The notes beneath the pieces are model-generated. The model was given only the letters and a program-made list of their open reading frames with translations, did no database searches and was not told where the DNA came from. Below are positions 1 to 8,762 of a stretch of DNA of 61,246 bases, piece after piece (positions within the stretch are counted from its first letter, which is position 1; each line of letters begins with the position of its first letter). The translations under genes were made by a program, and so were the position numbers. Origin of the DNA: Planctomycetota bacterium (GTDB lineage: Bacteria; Planctomycetota; GCA-002687715; DRQF01); the NCBI GenBank assembly GCA_036479435.1, contig JAZGFI010000145.1, positions 1 to 61,246 on the forward strand, written 5' to 3'.

Positions 1-100
1 ATCACTTAGCGAACCCGTCTAACGAGGAGCCGGATGCGTCAATCGCGCACGTCCGGATCTGTGGGGGGCTGGGGAGAAAAATCTCCCTGGTCTACCCGAC
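1..100 (+). mobile_element. 3' end of a group II intron (domain V 27-59, domain VI 63-97 with bulged A94, terminal AC at 99-100); the rest lies outside the window
   Basis: GAGCCGGATGCG-TCAATCG-CGCACGTCCGGATC folds as DV with the AGC catalytic triad and AC bulge. GGGGGGCTGGGGAGA-AAAA-TCTCCCTGGTCT(A)CCC folds as DVI with a single bulged A 7 nt from the end. The sequence ends in the canonical ...CTACCCGAC. Confidence 0.9.
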
Positions 101-161
101 GACTAAATTCTCCCGCTTTTTTAGGTCTGACCTAAAAAAGCGGGAGAATTTAGTCTGACGC
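101..161. repeat. Perfect 27-bp inverted repeat (101-127/129-155) built from GTCWGAC-core repeat units with a 28-bp period
   Basis: gactaaattctcccgcttttttaggtc-t-gacctaaaaaagcgggagaatttagtc. GTCTGAC cores at 125-131 and 153-159, half core (gac) at 101-103. Confidence 0.9.
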
Positions 162-1459
162 CGTGATGCAAATTGGTCGCCGCCAAAATAGCTTGCGAAC
201 TTCAGCACCGTCCCGTCGCCATTGAGGCGCGCGATGAAGGCGTCCTGCCATTTGGATAGCGAGGTCAGAACTCCGGGCGTCCCAGTCGTAGGGGGAATAT
301 CAAAGTGGCCCTGTCGCCCGCGCCCATTGATGGGCTGGAAAGCCGGCGTAAATCCGATGCTGGTGGCTGAGTGCGAAGTTTCGGCGGACGGGGGAACCGG
401 CAGCGCGCCGATCTGGAGAACTTGGGACAGCGCCAGATTTGGAAAGTCCGCAGACTCGCTGCCCGGAAAGTCGTCCGACGACGTGTGACCCGCGACAATG
501 ACGTCGCCGTTCGTGGGATCGACGGCCAGGGCGAGGCCCCGGTCATGCCCGTAGTTGACGTAGGGCTAGGGGAAATGATGGGGCTCGTTGATCGCCGTCG
601 GCCAGGCAAAGGAAGGAAGATTCGGGGGCAGAGGGACCGTGGACCGGGCATGGCTTAAAGGCGAGTCACTTGGGGACAGTTGGATGTCACCGGTGTCGGG
701 ATTCCAGACTTGTCGCCCGCCGCCCAGCCGCGTGATGAACTCGAAAGACGGTGGCGTGGTTGTATGGTCGATCTTGGCAAAAAAAGCGTCGGGGTTCTGT
801 CCGCCGAAAATCACCTGGAAGGGCTGTTGTCCGCCGGGTGCCGTCACCGGGAATCGCTGCTTGGAATGCGCGTGGCCCGTGACGTAAACGAACTGGCCTG
901 CAACTGCGATGTCGTAGATGTAATCCGTTCCAACCCGGCCGGAGAAAAAGTGGCCCAGCACACTTTCGGATCGATAATCAGGGTTCGTTGAGGGTCGTAC
1001 GAGCCAAGCACAAACCCGAACACACCGGCTTTCATTTCTCGAAATTCGCAAGCGACGAGTTCTTTTTTGCCGGCGACGATCTGCCAGGCGACCGGCGCTC
1101 GATCGATCAGAGTAACCTCGCCGATCTTCAACTCGATGTTGCCACTGCCGGCGATCGTTGCCCCAAAAGAAACTCAGGCGCGTGCGGCTTTTTCCATGGA
1201 CTCGGACCGTTGCCGCCTCCGAGGTATCGATGAACCGCAATCCGAGAACCTTGTTCTCAAGGGTCCCTTGCTTAAACCCGATGGCTACCGCGTCCGGTCG
1301 CATCGCAACTTCGACTCCAAGGCCGTGGGCAACGTGGGTGAAGGAGGGATGTGCCGTCCCAAAATTTGGGGAGAAAACTAGATCGACTCCCTCGGGCCTG
1401 CGCCAAGGAAGCGCTGGCGAGACAAAGAGGTAGTAAAAGGGCTCTTAGTTGATTCTCAA
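162..1459 (-). pseudogene. Decayed secreted SBBP beta-propeller / DUF7948-type protein
   Basis: Fragments spread over several frames: signal peptide (QLRALLLPLCLASASLAQA), FSPNFG...FFWGNDRRQW, PVAWQ...GFVLGSYDPQRTLIIDP, and SBBP repeats (IAVAGQFVYVTG, DAFFAKI, DRGLALAVDPTNGDVIVAGHTSSDDFP, DAFIARLNGDGTVLKFASYFGG). Frameshifts near 1395, 1145 and 945-949, an in-frame TAG at 566-568, and a 3' end that runs into the repeat/intron. Confidence 0.8.
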
Positions 1460-1545
1460 GTATGACGGCCAGGGCGCTTAGCTCTGGGGGGGGCCGAGAA
1501 TTCTAGCACCTCAGCTCCAAAGAGCGAGAACATCGTGGGGTATCG

Positions 1546-2697
1546 TTAGATGTTGCGGAAGATGGCGAGGGTCTCGACCTGGTCGCCGTAAGGGAAAAGC
1601 GCCACCGGTGTCAGCGACGAGAGGGTCATGGCGCGTGAGTCGATCAGGCGTTTAGCGTCGCGAAGGAAAGACTCGAAACCGCAGGCAACGAGGACCAAGA
1701 CTTCGGGAGGCTGTCTGATAATGGTCTTCATGACTTCCGGGTCCAAGCCCTTACGAGCGGGGTCGGCGACGACCACGTCGGCCGCAGCGATCGCCGAAGC
1801 GGCATCGGCGGCGGGCCCCATGTGAACCTGGGATTTTTCTTGTAGCAAGGCTGGCAGCGCTGCAAGGCTCTTCTCTAAACCTTGGATCGCGGCGCGAGAG
1901 TGTTCGTTGAAGACGATCGACGAAGCGTCCTCAATGAGGTTCAGACCAATACCGCCTACCCCACAATAAAGCTCGAGGATGCGAGCCTTCGCCGGCACCT
2001 CCTCATTAATGTGCTCGACGATGCGGTCGAAGAGAATCGGATTGGCCTGCGAAAAAGCCGCGGGATGAAAATGGACTTCGGCGTCGAGAATTTTGTCGGC
2101 CGTGAACTCCACCCCTTTCATCAGTTGCCAGTGAGGTCCAAGTATAGAATTGCTGCGTTCGGGTTGGCCGTTCCACCACAAACTCGTGACCTCGCTGTCC
2201 ATCTCTTTCTCGAAGGCCGCGAACAGTGATTCCGAACTCTTCGGCGAATCATCGTTAGTGACGATGGTGACCTGAAGCCCGGGAAGCCGAGCCGGCACGA
2301 GGACTTGGAGGTATCGCACGAGGCCGCGATGGGGGCCGTCGACGTAGGGGCTCAACTTGCAGCGTCGCATCGCAGATCTCAGCGCGGCGGCACAACGATT
2401 GATTTTTTCGTGTTGGACGCCACAACGCGGGATGTCGGCGATGCGATGGCTGTTGGATTGAAACACGCCAATCTTCGGCGAGTTGCTTCGGCCTCGCACC
2501 GCCAAGCGCGCCCGATGACGATAGCCCACAGCGTCGCCGCTCAGGACCTTAAGTGGGCCCACCAGGCCAGCGCTATGCGCGAGGTCTCGGAGGGCCTTGA
2601 GTTTCTCCCCCGGAATCCCAGACTCGCCCCAATGGGGGCAGCCGGGGCAGGGCGGGCGATGGGGGCAATCCCTCGTTTCCGGCCTCGGACTAGTCAC
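1546..2697 (-). CDS. RNA (uracil-C5)-methyltransferase, RlmD/TrmA family, without TRAM domain
   Basis: CPHRPPCPGC Fe-S motif, YRHRARL, AFSQAN, LELYCGVGGIG SAM motif, DPARKG, LVAC, LFPY..VET. GTG start at 2697 overlaps the upstream stop (GTGA). Confidence 0.85.
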   Translation of the reverse strand: MTSPRPETRDCPHRPPCPGCPHWGESGIPGEKLKALRDLAHSAGLVGPLKVLSGDAVGYRHRARLAVRGRSNSPKIGVFQSNSHRIADIPRCGVQHEKINRCAAALRSAMRRCKLSPYVDGPHRGLVRYLQVLVPARLPGLQVTIVTNDDSPKSSESLFAAFEKEMDSEVTSLWWNGQPERSNSILGPHWQLMKGVEFTADKILDAEVHFHPAAFSQANPILFDRIVEHINEEVPAKARILELYCGVGGIGLNLIEDASSIVFNEHSRAAIQGLEKSLAALPALLQEKSQVHMGPAADAASAIAAADVVVADPARKGLDPEVMKTIIRQPPEVLVLVACGFESFLRDAKRLIDSRAMTLSSLTPVALFPYGDQVETLAIFRNI

Positions 2698-3059
2698 GAG
2701 GCCTCGCCTCGGCCTGACAGGGTAAAGGCGATGGCGAACTGGAACAAAAACATGATGAGATAAAGCACCGTGAAGAAGGGCTTCATGGTTTTGTGGCGGA
2801 AGAGTTTCATCCCGATCAGCGCGGCGGGTGTCGCTCCCAGGGCGGACATCGTGTGCAGAGCCAGCTCCGGGACTCGCCAGCCCCTCCTTTTTGCCTGCCA
2901 CTTGTCCCAACCCCAGAGCAAAAAAGCGCTCAGGTTGGCCGAAACCAGCCAGGCCGGGGCCCAGTGCCAATCCAGGCCCCAAACGAAGAACGCCAATCCT
3001 AGGAGGGAGGGAATTCCGAAAAGGAGGAGGTGGAAACGGAAAGGTGATCTCTTCTTCAT
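2694..3059 (-). CDS. DUF1294 family membrane protein
   Basis: WGWDKWQAKRRGWRVPELALH...G...FRHKT.K signature and hydrophobic helices. Confidence 0.85.
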   Translation of the reverse strand: MKKRSPFRFHLLLFGIPSLLGLAFFVWGLDWHWAPAWLVSANLSAFLLWGWDKWQAKRRGWRVPELALHTMSALGATPAALIGMKLFRHKTMKPFFTVLYLIMFLFQFAIAFTLSGRGEAS

Positions 3060-3162
3060 AGGGTTCTCAGCCTGACAACGTGACCTCTGTTTGGCAAGCG
3101 CGCGTGAAATCGAGCGCTGCTCTCAGTAGATTGTGGCGACCGTTGCGGGAGATTGGACAAAG

Positions 3163-5052
3163 ATGTGTGGTATTGCGGGCTATCGTCGCTTTGACGGAGA
3201 AGCGGCCAATCGTGATCATCTGGTCGCGATGTGCGATGCGATCTTGCATCGTGGCCCGGATTCCGCCGGTTACTTGGTTGAAAAAGGTGATGCGCACGGC
3301 ATGCGCCGCCTTTCCATCATCGACGTTGCCGGCAGCGACCAACCGCTTCATACCGCCGACGGGAAATTGTCGATCGTCTATAACGGCGAGTCCTACAACT
3401 TTGCCGAGAAGCGGCGAGAGCTGGAAGCCGAGGGGGTCGTCTTTCACACCGACGGCGACACCGAAACGGTCTTACAGCTCTACGCTCGCCACGGCGAGGC
3501 TTGCGTCCAGCACCTCCGCGGCATGTACGCTTTTTGCATCCTCGACCGTCGCCGCGACAAGCTCTTCTTCGCTCGTGACCGCATCGGAAAAAAACCCCTC
3601 TACTACTTTTTCGACGGCAAGATCTTTATCTACGGTTCTGAGTTGAAGTCGATCCTCGTGGCCATGCAGCGCTTAGGTCTGGCGCGACCTGAAGTTAACC
3701 GCGAAGCCATCAGCATTTACATGGGCTACGGCTACATCCCGGCTCCGCTGACCATCTTCGAAGGCATCAAGAAACTGCCACCGGGCCACACGCTTTCGCT
3801 CGAGAAAACCTCACTGCGTACGACTCGTTACTGGCAGTACAGTTTGGAAGCCAATGAAGAGATGTCAGAGGACCAACATCTCGATGCCTTCCGGTCGGCG
3901 CTCGAAGATTCGGTGAGGATGCGTCTGATCTCAGATGTTCCCTTGGGGGCCTACCTCTCGGGCGGAATCGATTCGTCGACGGTCGTGGGGATCATGTCCC
4001 GCGTATCTTCGACGCCGGTCAAGACGTTTTCTATCGGGTTCGAGGACGCGAGTTTCGACGAGTTGCCCTACGCCCGCATGGTTGCAGAGCATCTGGGTAC
4101 CGAACACCACGAGGAAGTCGTGCGGCCGGACGCCGACGAGATCATCGAAGATCTCGTGCGGCATTTTGACGAGCCTTTCGCAGACTCGTCGGCGATACCG
4201 ACCTACTACGTTTCCAAAATGGCCCGGCGTCACGTAACCTGTGTTCTGAGCGGGGACGGCGGCGACGAGCTTTTCGCCGGATACTCGCGCTACCGCGCGA
4301 ACGAAGCTCAAGGGTGGCTGGGAACCTTGCCGCTCCCCTTGCGAAAAGTCCTGTTTGGGATGCCGGCGCGCCTGTTGCCAGCGGGTGCCTACGGCCAGGG
4401 CCGTCTGTTCAACCTCGCCTTGGCCGACGACCCGCGCTACATTCATCAGTTAACCAGCGGCCTCGCGGATTGGCACCGAGAACTCTACCGCCCTGAGTTT
4501 GCCGGCGATCTTAAGACCACGGATCCCTCCGGACCGTTTCTAAACAAGATGGCCGAAGTCGCCGATCTCGATCCCATCGCGCGAAAGATGTTCGCGGACT
4601 TTCACCTTTACCTCCCCGCGGACATCATGGTCAAAGTTGACCGCATGAGCATGATGGTCTCACTCGAGGCCCGCGCTCCTTTGTTGGATCACGTCGTCTG
4701 CGAAGTCGCGGGGCGCATTCCGATGTCACTCAAGATCAAAAACGGCGAGAGCAAGTACCTGCTTAAGCGCTTGGCAAGGCAGCTGGTGCCCTCGACCGCC
4801 ATTGATCGCAAAAAGCAGGGTTTCGCAGTCCCGGTTTCGCGCTGGTTCAACGAAGCCTGGGCCGACCGCACCGACGAACTGCTCGCGTCCGTCGCGTCCG
4901 CAGAGCGCGGTGTCTTTAGAGAAGACAGCATCAAACGAATCAAAGACGAACACCGCCGCGGACGGCGCGACCACAGTCAGTTGATGTGGTCCCTGATGAT
5001 GCTGGAGCTGTGGTTTCGCCAGTATGTTGACGATAAGGCCTACGGGAACTAG
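3163..5052 (+). CDS. asnB: Asparagine synthase (glutamine-hydrolysing) family amidotransferase
   Basis: N-terminal MCGIAG, HRGPD, RRLSIID, YNGE, ARDRIGKKPLYY, LSGGIDS, SGDGGDELFAGY, KVDRMSM..SLEARAPLLD, KKQGF. Confidence 0.93.
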   Translation: MCGIAGYRRFDGEAANRDHLVAMCDAILHRGPDSAGYLVEKGDAHGMRRLSIIDVAGSDQPLHTADGKLSIVYNGESYNFAEKRRELEAEGVVFHTDGDTETVLQLYARHGEACVQHLRGMYAFCILDRRRDKLFFARDRIGKKPLYYFFDGKIFIYGSELKSILVAMQRLGLARPEVNREAISIYMGYGYIPAPLTIFEGIKKLPPGHTLSLEKTSLRTTRYWQYSLEANEEMSEDQHLDAFRSALEDSVRMRLISDVPLGAYLSGGIDSSTVVGIMSRVSSTPVKTFSIGFEDASFDELPYARMVAEHLGTEHHEEVVRPDADEIIEDLVRHFDEPFADSSAIPTYYVSKMARRHVTCVLSGDGGDELFAGYSRYRANEAQGWLGTLPLPLRKVLFGMPARLLPAGAYGQGRLFNLALADDPRYIHQLTSGLADWHRELYRPEFAGDLKTTDPSGPFLNKMAEVADLDPIARKMFADFHLYLPADIMVKVDRMSMMVSLEARAPLLDHVVCEVAGRIPMSLKIKNGESKYLLKRLARQLVPSTAIDRKKQGFAVPVSRWFNEAWADRTDELLASVASAERGVFREDSIKRIKDEHRRGRRDHSQLMWSLMMLELWFRQYVDDKAYGN

Positions 5053-7284
5053 ATGTACCGGCGCTCCGTCTTCATCTCTGCTCTGCGGTCGGCTTTGATC
5101 TTGGTCTCGATCTTAGTCGGCACCCCCTTGCGAGCTCAGCAGGCAGCGACCATTGATCTCGTGGCCGAAACGCAACGGCTTATGCAAGAGACCGCCGCGG
5201 ACCTCGCGGGATTCCCGCGTCTGCTGATGAAGCGCACCGATGTCGCTCCCGTCATTGACGGGCAGCTGGGCGATGCCGTGTGGCAAGATGCCCCCGCTAT
5301 TGGCGCACTAACGCAAGTCGACCCAATCGAAGGCGCGGCACCGACCGAGAAGACCGTCGTGCGTCTGCTCTACGACCGCGACCACATCTACGTCGCTATT
5401 CGTTGCTTTGATAGCGAACCCGATTTGATCATTGCGACGCAGATGGTCCGCGACGCCAACCTCGACCCGGATGACCGCGTCGAGATGGTCTTTGACACTT
5501 TTCTCGATCGCCGCAACGCATTCTTCTTTCAGATTAACGCCGTGGGAGCCAAGGGCGACGCGCTCATCGAAAACAGCGGCAACTTCAATAAACAATGGGA
5601 CGGTCTTTGGCACGGCAAGGCGGCGAGGGACGACAAAGGCTGGACGGCCGAGATCGCCTTGCCCTTTCAAACGATTTCTTTTGATCCCAAAAACACAACC
5701 TGGGGATTCAATTTTGAGCGCTTCATTCGTCGCAAAAACGAGAAGTGCCAATGGTCGTCGCCGACCCGTAACACGGGCTTGTTTCAAATCGGCGAGGCCG
5801 GCCTTTTAGAGGCCATTCAGGATATCGAACAGGGGCTTGGCTTGGAGTTTCGGCCCTTTTTATCGCTGACCTACCGCAGTGATCAGATCAATGACCGCGA
5901 TAGTTTGGAATTCGATCCCGGCGCCGACATCTTCTACAAGATCACACCGGAGCTGACCGCGGCCTTCACCGTCAACACGGATTTTGCTGAAGCTGAAGTT
6001 GACGAGCGGCGCGTCAACTTGGGCCGCGTGCCCTTGTTCTTTCCGGAAAAGCGCGACTTTTTTCTGCAGGACGCGGGGATTTTCGCCTTCGGCGGGATTC
6101 GGAGCGATCCGCTTCCCTTCTTTTCCCGACGTATCGGTCGTGGGCGCCGAGGCATGCCGGTCGACATTATTGCCGGGGCCAAGCTCACCGGCCGAGTGCG
6201 AGACCTCAACATCGGCCTCTTGGACGTTCAGCTCGCGGCACAGGATGACATTGAGGCCACCAACGTGGCGGTGGGGCGGCTCTCGCTGAATGTCCTGGAA
6301 GAATCGACAGTCGGCATCATCGCGACCACCGGCAATCCTCGCGGCAACGACGAGAACCATCTGATTGGCGCTGATTTTAGTTTTCGAAATTCCAGCTTTC
6401 TCGGCGACCAGGTCGTCACCGCCAACGCTTGGGTGCAAAAGACTTTCAGCGAAGAGCTCAGTGGCGATGATTATGCCTACGGACTTCGCTTCGCCTTGCC
6501 CAACGACATCTGGAACTTTAGCGCAGGGGCCTCCGAGGTTCGGGCCAACTACAATCCGGCCTTGGGATTCACTCGCCGATTCGGTCGTAGTATCCGCGAG
6601 TACTTTTTCCGTGCGCGCTACCGCTTGAGGCCGCAGGGACGAATTCGGACTTTGGATTTCGGGATCAGCGGATTTCTGATCACAGACCTCGATCACAAAC
6701 TCGAGACCGGAACTCTGACTTTTCGCTTTTTGGAGTTAGAGACCAACGCCGAAGATCGGGTCGAGCTGCGCTACCAAGTTCGTGGCGAGTACCTCGAAAG
6801 CCCCTTTGAGATCAGCCGTGGTGTTGTCATCCCGCGGGGTCACTACGGGTTCAGCCGTTTCGAATTGGAGTTTTCAAGCTCACCCGCTCGGCCCATCAGC
6901 ATCGCGACGGAAATAAGCATCGGTGGCTTTTACGACGGCACGCGACTGGATATCGGCCTTGAGTTGGAGTGGCGAGCATCAAAGCACTTCTTCATGTCAC
7001 TGGAATACGAGCAAAATCAAATCAAGCTGCCGCAAGGTGACTTCACTACGCGCATTTTTCGCGCTCGCTTCAACTACTACTTCACGCCGGATGTGTCGTG
7101 GACGAATTTCATTCAGTACGACAACGTCTCTGACCTTGCGGGCATCAACAGCCGGTTACGGTGGATCATCGAGCCGGGACGTGAGCTCTTCGCCGTTGTG
7201 AATCAGGGATTCATAGTCGATCACGGTCTTGAATCGGCGAGTACAGAAATCTCGCTTAAGATTGGCTGGAACTTCCGCTTCTGA
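5053..7284 (+). CDS. Carbohydrate-binding family 9-like / DUF5916 outer-membrane protein
   Basis: Signal peptide, PVIDGQLGDAVW, YDRDHIYVA, GWTAEIALPF, TWGFNF.R, TVNTDFAEAEVD, FFPEKRDFFL, FFSRRIG, and a C-terminal aromatic beta-signal (WNFRF). Confidence 0.82.
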   Translation: MYRRSVFISALRSALILVSILVGTPLRAQQAATIDLVAETQRLMQETAADLAGFPRLLMKRTDVAPVIDGQLGDAVWQDAPAIGALTQVDPIEGAAPTEKTVVRLLYDRDHIYVAIRCFDSEPDLIIATQMVRDANLDPDDRVEMVFDTFLDRRNAFFFQINAVGAKGDALIENSGNFNKQWDGLWHGKAARDDKGWTAEIALPFQTISFDPKNTTWGFNFERFIRRKNEKCQWSSPTRNTGLFQIGEAGLLEAIQDIEQGLGLEFRPFLSLTYRSDQINDRDSLEFDPGADIFYKITPELTAAFTVNTDFAEAEVDERRVNLGRVPLFFPEKRDFFLQDAGIFAFGGIRSDPLPFFSRRIGRGRRGMPVDIIAGAKLTGRVRDLNIGLLDVQLAAQDDIEATNVAVGRLSLNVLEESTVGIIATTGNPRGNDENHLIGADFSFRNSSFLGDQVVTANAWVQKTFSEELSGDDYAYGLRFALPNDIWNFSAGASEVRANYNPALGFTRRFGRSIREYFFRARYRLRPQGRIRTLDFGISGFLITDLDHKLETGTLTFRFLELETNAEDRVELRYQVRGEYLESPFEISRGVVIPRGHYGFSRFELEFSSSPARPISIATEISIGGFYDGTRLDIGLELEWRASKHFFMSLEYEQNQIKLPQGDFTTRIFRARFNYYFTPDVSWTNFIQYDNVSDLAGINSRLRWIIEPGRELFAVVNQGFIVDHGLESASTEISLKIGWNFRF

Positions 7285-7586
7285 CCCCCAGCTTCTCAGC
7301 GCTTTTCTAGCCAACTCTTGCGCCGAGCAATGGCTAGGCGATGTCCCGTCCCTTGGGCAGCTCAAAGCTCAAGTGGTAGGGATGGACTCGAGTCTGCGGG
7401 CGCCGATCAAACAACGCGCGGGATCAAGCCAGAGTTGAGAGCAGGCCTCGCGCTTCAAGGGCCCTCATCGAAAACGGCCGCGGGCAGGCACAAAGGAGTA
7501 GCGAATCTTCGTGGCCGGCCGAGCATCATTGTCGATGCGCCAAGACGCAGTTAATCGAAGTCGCGAAAGTGAGCAGGCTCAATTTC

Positions 7587-8450
7587 TTACTTCGCTTTCA
7601 GCTGGCCGGGAATGAGCGTGAGGGCTTTGGTGGCGTACCAGGGGAAATACACGGGTCGGATGATCGACTCGTTTGCTTTCGAGGCCGTCATCATTTCCTT
7701 GGCGGCGGCAATTGTGGTGGCATCCAAGACGACGAAGAACTTGCCCGGATACTTGTCGCCAAAACGCCCGGCTAAGAGCACCTTGTCATCGTCCCAGAGT
7801 TTGCTGAATCCACTAAATCCGCGGCCGAGAACTTCATGGCTGGAGGAACTTCTGGACCAGATGAACTCCAATAGGACATAGGGACGGACATAGCCTCTGC
7901 CTCCGCCAGATTTCTTGGTCCCAGCGACGTGCCAATCATTGACCTTGCGTAATGCCCTCAGGCACTGAACCGGAACCAACTCAAACTTGAACATTCCGGC
8001 CAAGACTCCGGGGTCGCTGGCCGCCAAAGTCTGCGCCTTCTCAAGTTTGGGCGTGTCAAAGATGAAGATGCCGCGATCTTCAAGATTCGGGCGACCTTCG
8101 TCGTAGGGGCCGGCTAGTAACAAGTCGCCAGCACCCGCCATCCTCTTCATGTTTGAAAAGTGCCCGCTCCCCGCGTTTTTTCGGGCCTTGTCGCTGAGGG
8201 AGTCGCTTAGCGGCCCGGTTCTTAAGTAGCAGAAGTAAAAGTCGTCGTAGACCTCGGCACTCGGTTTGATGTCGGTTGATTTTGGTGATGGTGAGTTGTC
8301 CTCAAAAGTCGTGCCCGGCTTCGAATCGGGCGAACTTGTCGGCGGAGACTCCACGGCGCCGCGCTTGCGGTCTGGGGTCGGCGACTCTTTGCAAGCGGTG
8401 CCGCCAAGAGCAGCGGCCATCAAAAACATTGCGACGAGGAGGCGAGGCAT
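7587..8450 (-). CDS. Lipoprotein with YciI-like domain(s)
   Basis: Lipobox GTAC, Pro/Ser linker, HFSNM...LLAGP...RGIFIF...A...SDPGV.AG.F YciI pattern, and a second degenerate copy (VLLAGRF...FFVVL). Confidence 0.65.
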   Translation of the reverse strand: MPRLLVAMFLMAAALGGTACKESPTPDRKRGAVESPPTSSPDSKPGTTFEDNSPSPKSTDIKPSAEVYDDFYFCYLRTGPLSDSLSDKARKNAGSGHFSNMKRMAGAGDLLLAGPYDEGRPNLEDRGIFIFDTPKLEKAQTLAASDPGVLAGMFKFELVPVQCLRALRKVNDWHVAGTKKSGGGRGYVRPYVLLEFIWSRSSSSHEVLGRGFSGFSKLWDDDKVLLAGRFGDKYPGKFFVVLDATTIAAAKEMMTASKANESIIRPVYFPWYATKALTLIPGQLKAK

Positions 8451-8762
8451 GGGGGCGAATCTCCGCAGTCCTTAGGGCCGGTATCATCTTGAGACTACCC
8501 CAAGCCGGCTCCGGGTGGGTGGTTTCGAACCTTCCAGCCCCCAAGCCAGCGCCCATTTGCCGCAAACTGGGTTCCCCATCCGGGTTCTGGTGCCCGGGAA
8601 TTCCCCCAAACGCCGCATTTTCATTCAGGTCCGAGCGGAATCTGTGCCGAATCAGGTTGTGTATGGTCCGGATTTGGGCCCACCGTGCCGGACCGATCTG
8701 CGCCCTCAGGGAACGCCCTGGAGCCGGGTTTCCAGTCATTCAGAACTCAAGGGAAAGCCTAA

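Noticed and set aside
101..161. CRISPR array or ordinary terminator interpretation of the 28-bp repeats
   Set aside because: Only 2-3 units with no unique spacers, inverted orientation and no cas genes. The same sequence occurs unpaired at about 18474-18499, so it is not simply a terminator.
2698..2982. N-terminal extension of the RlmD-like ORF (478 aa in the track)
   Set aside because: It overlaps the DUF1294 gene in another frame. The GTG at 2697, coupled to the upstream stop, is the better start.
7285..7586. Small ORFs or ncRNA in the 300-bp gap between convergent genes
   Set aside because: Short ORFs lack RBS and recognisable motifs. Only an imperfect hairpin (ctagcca...tggctag) is seen.
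8451..8762. Sigma54 box upstream of the giant lipoprotein
   Set aside because: Candidates (TGGTCCGGATTTGGGC, TGGGCCCACCGTGC) do not give GG-N10-GC spacing.
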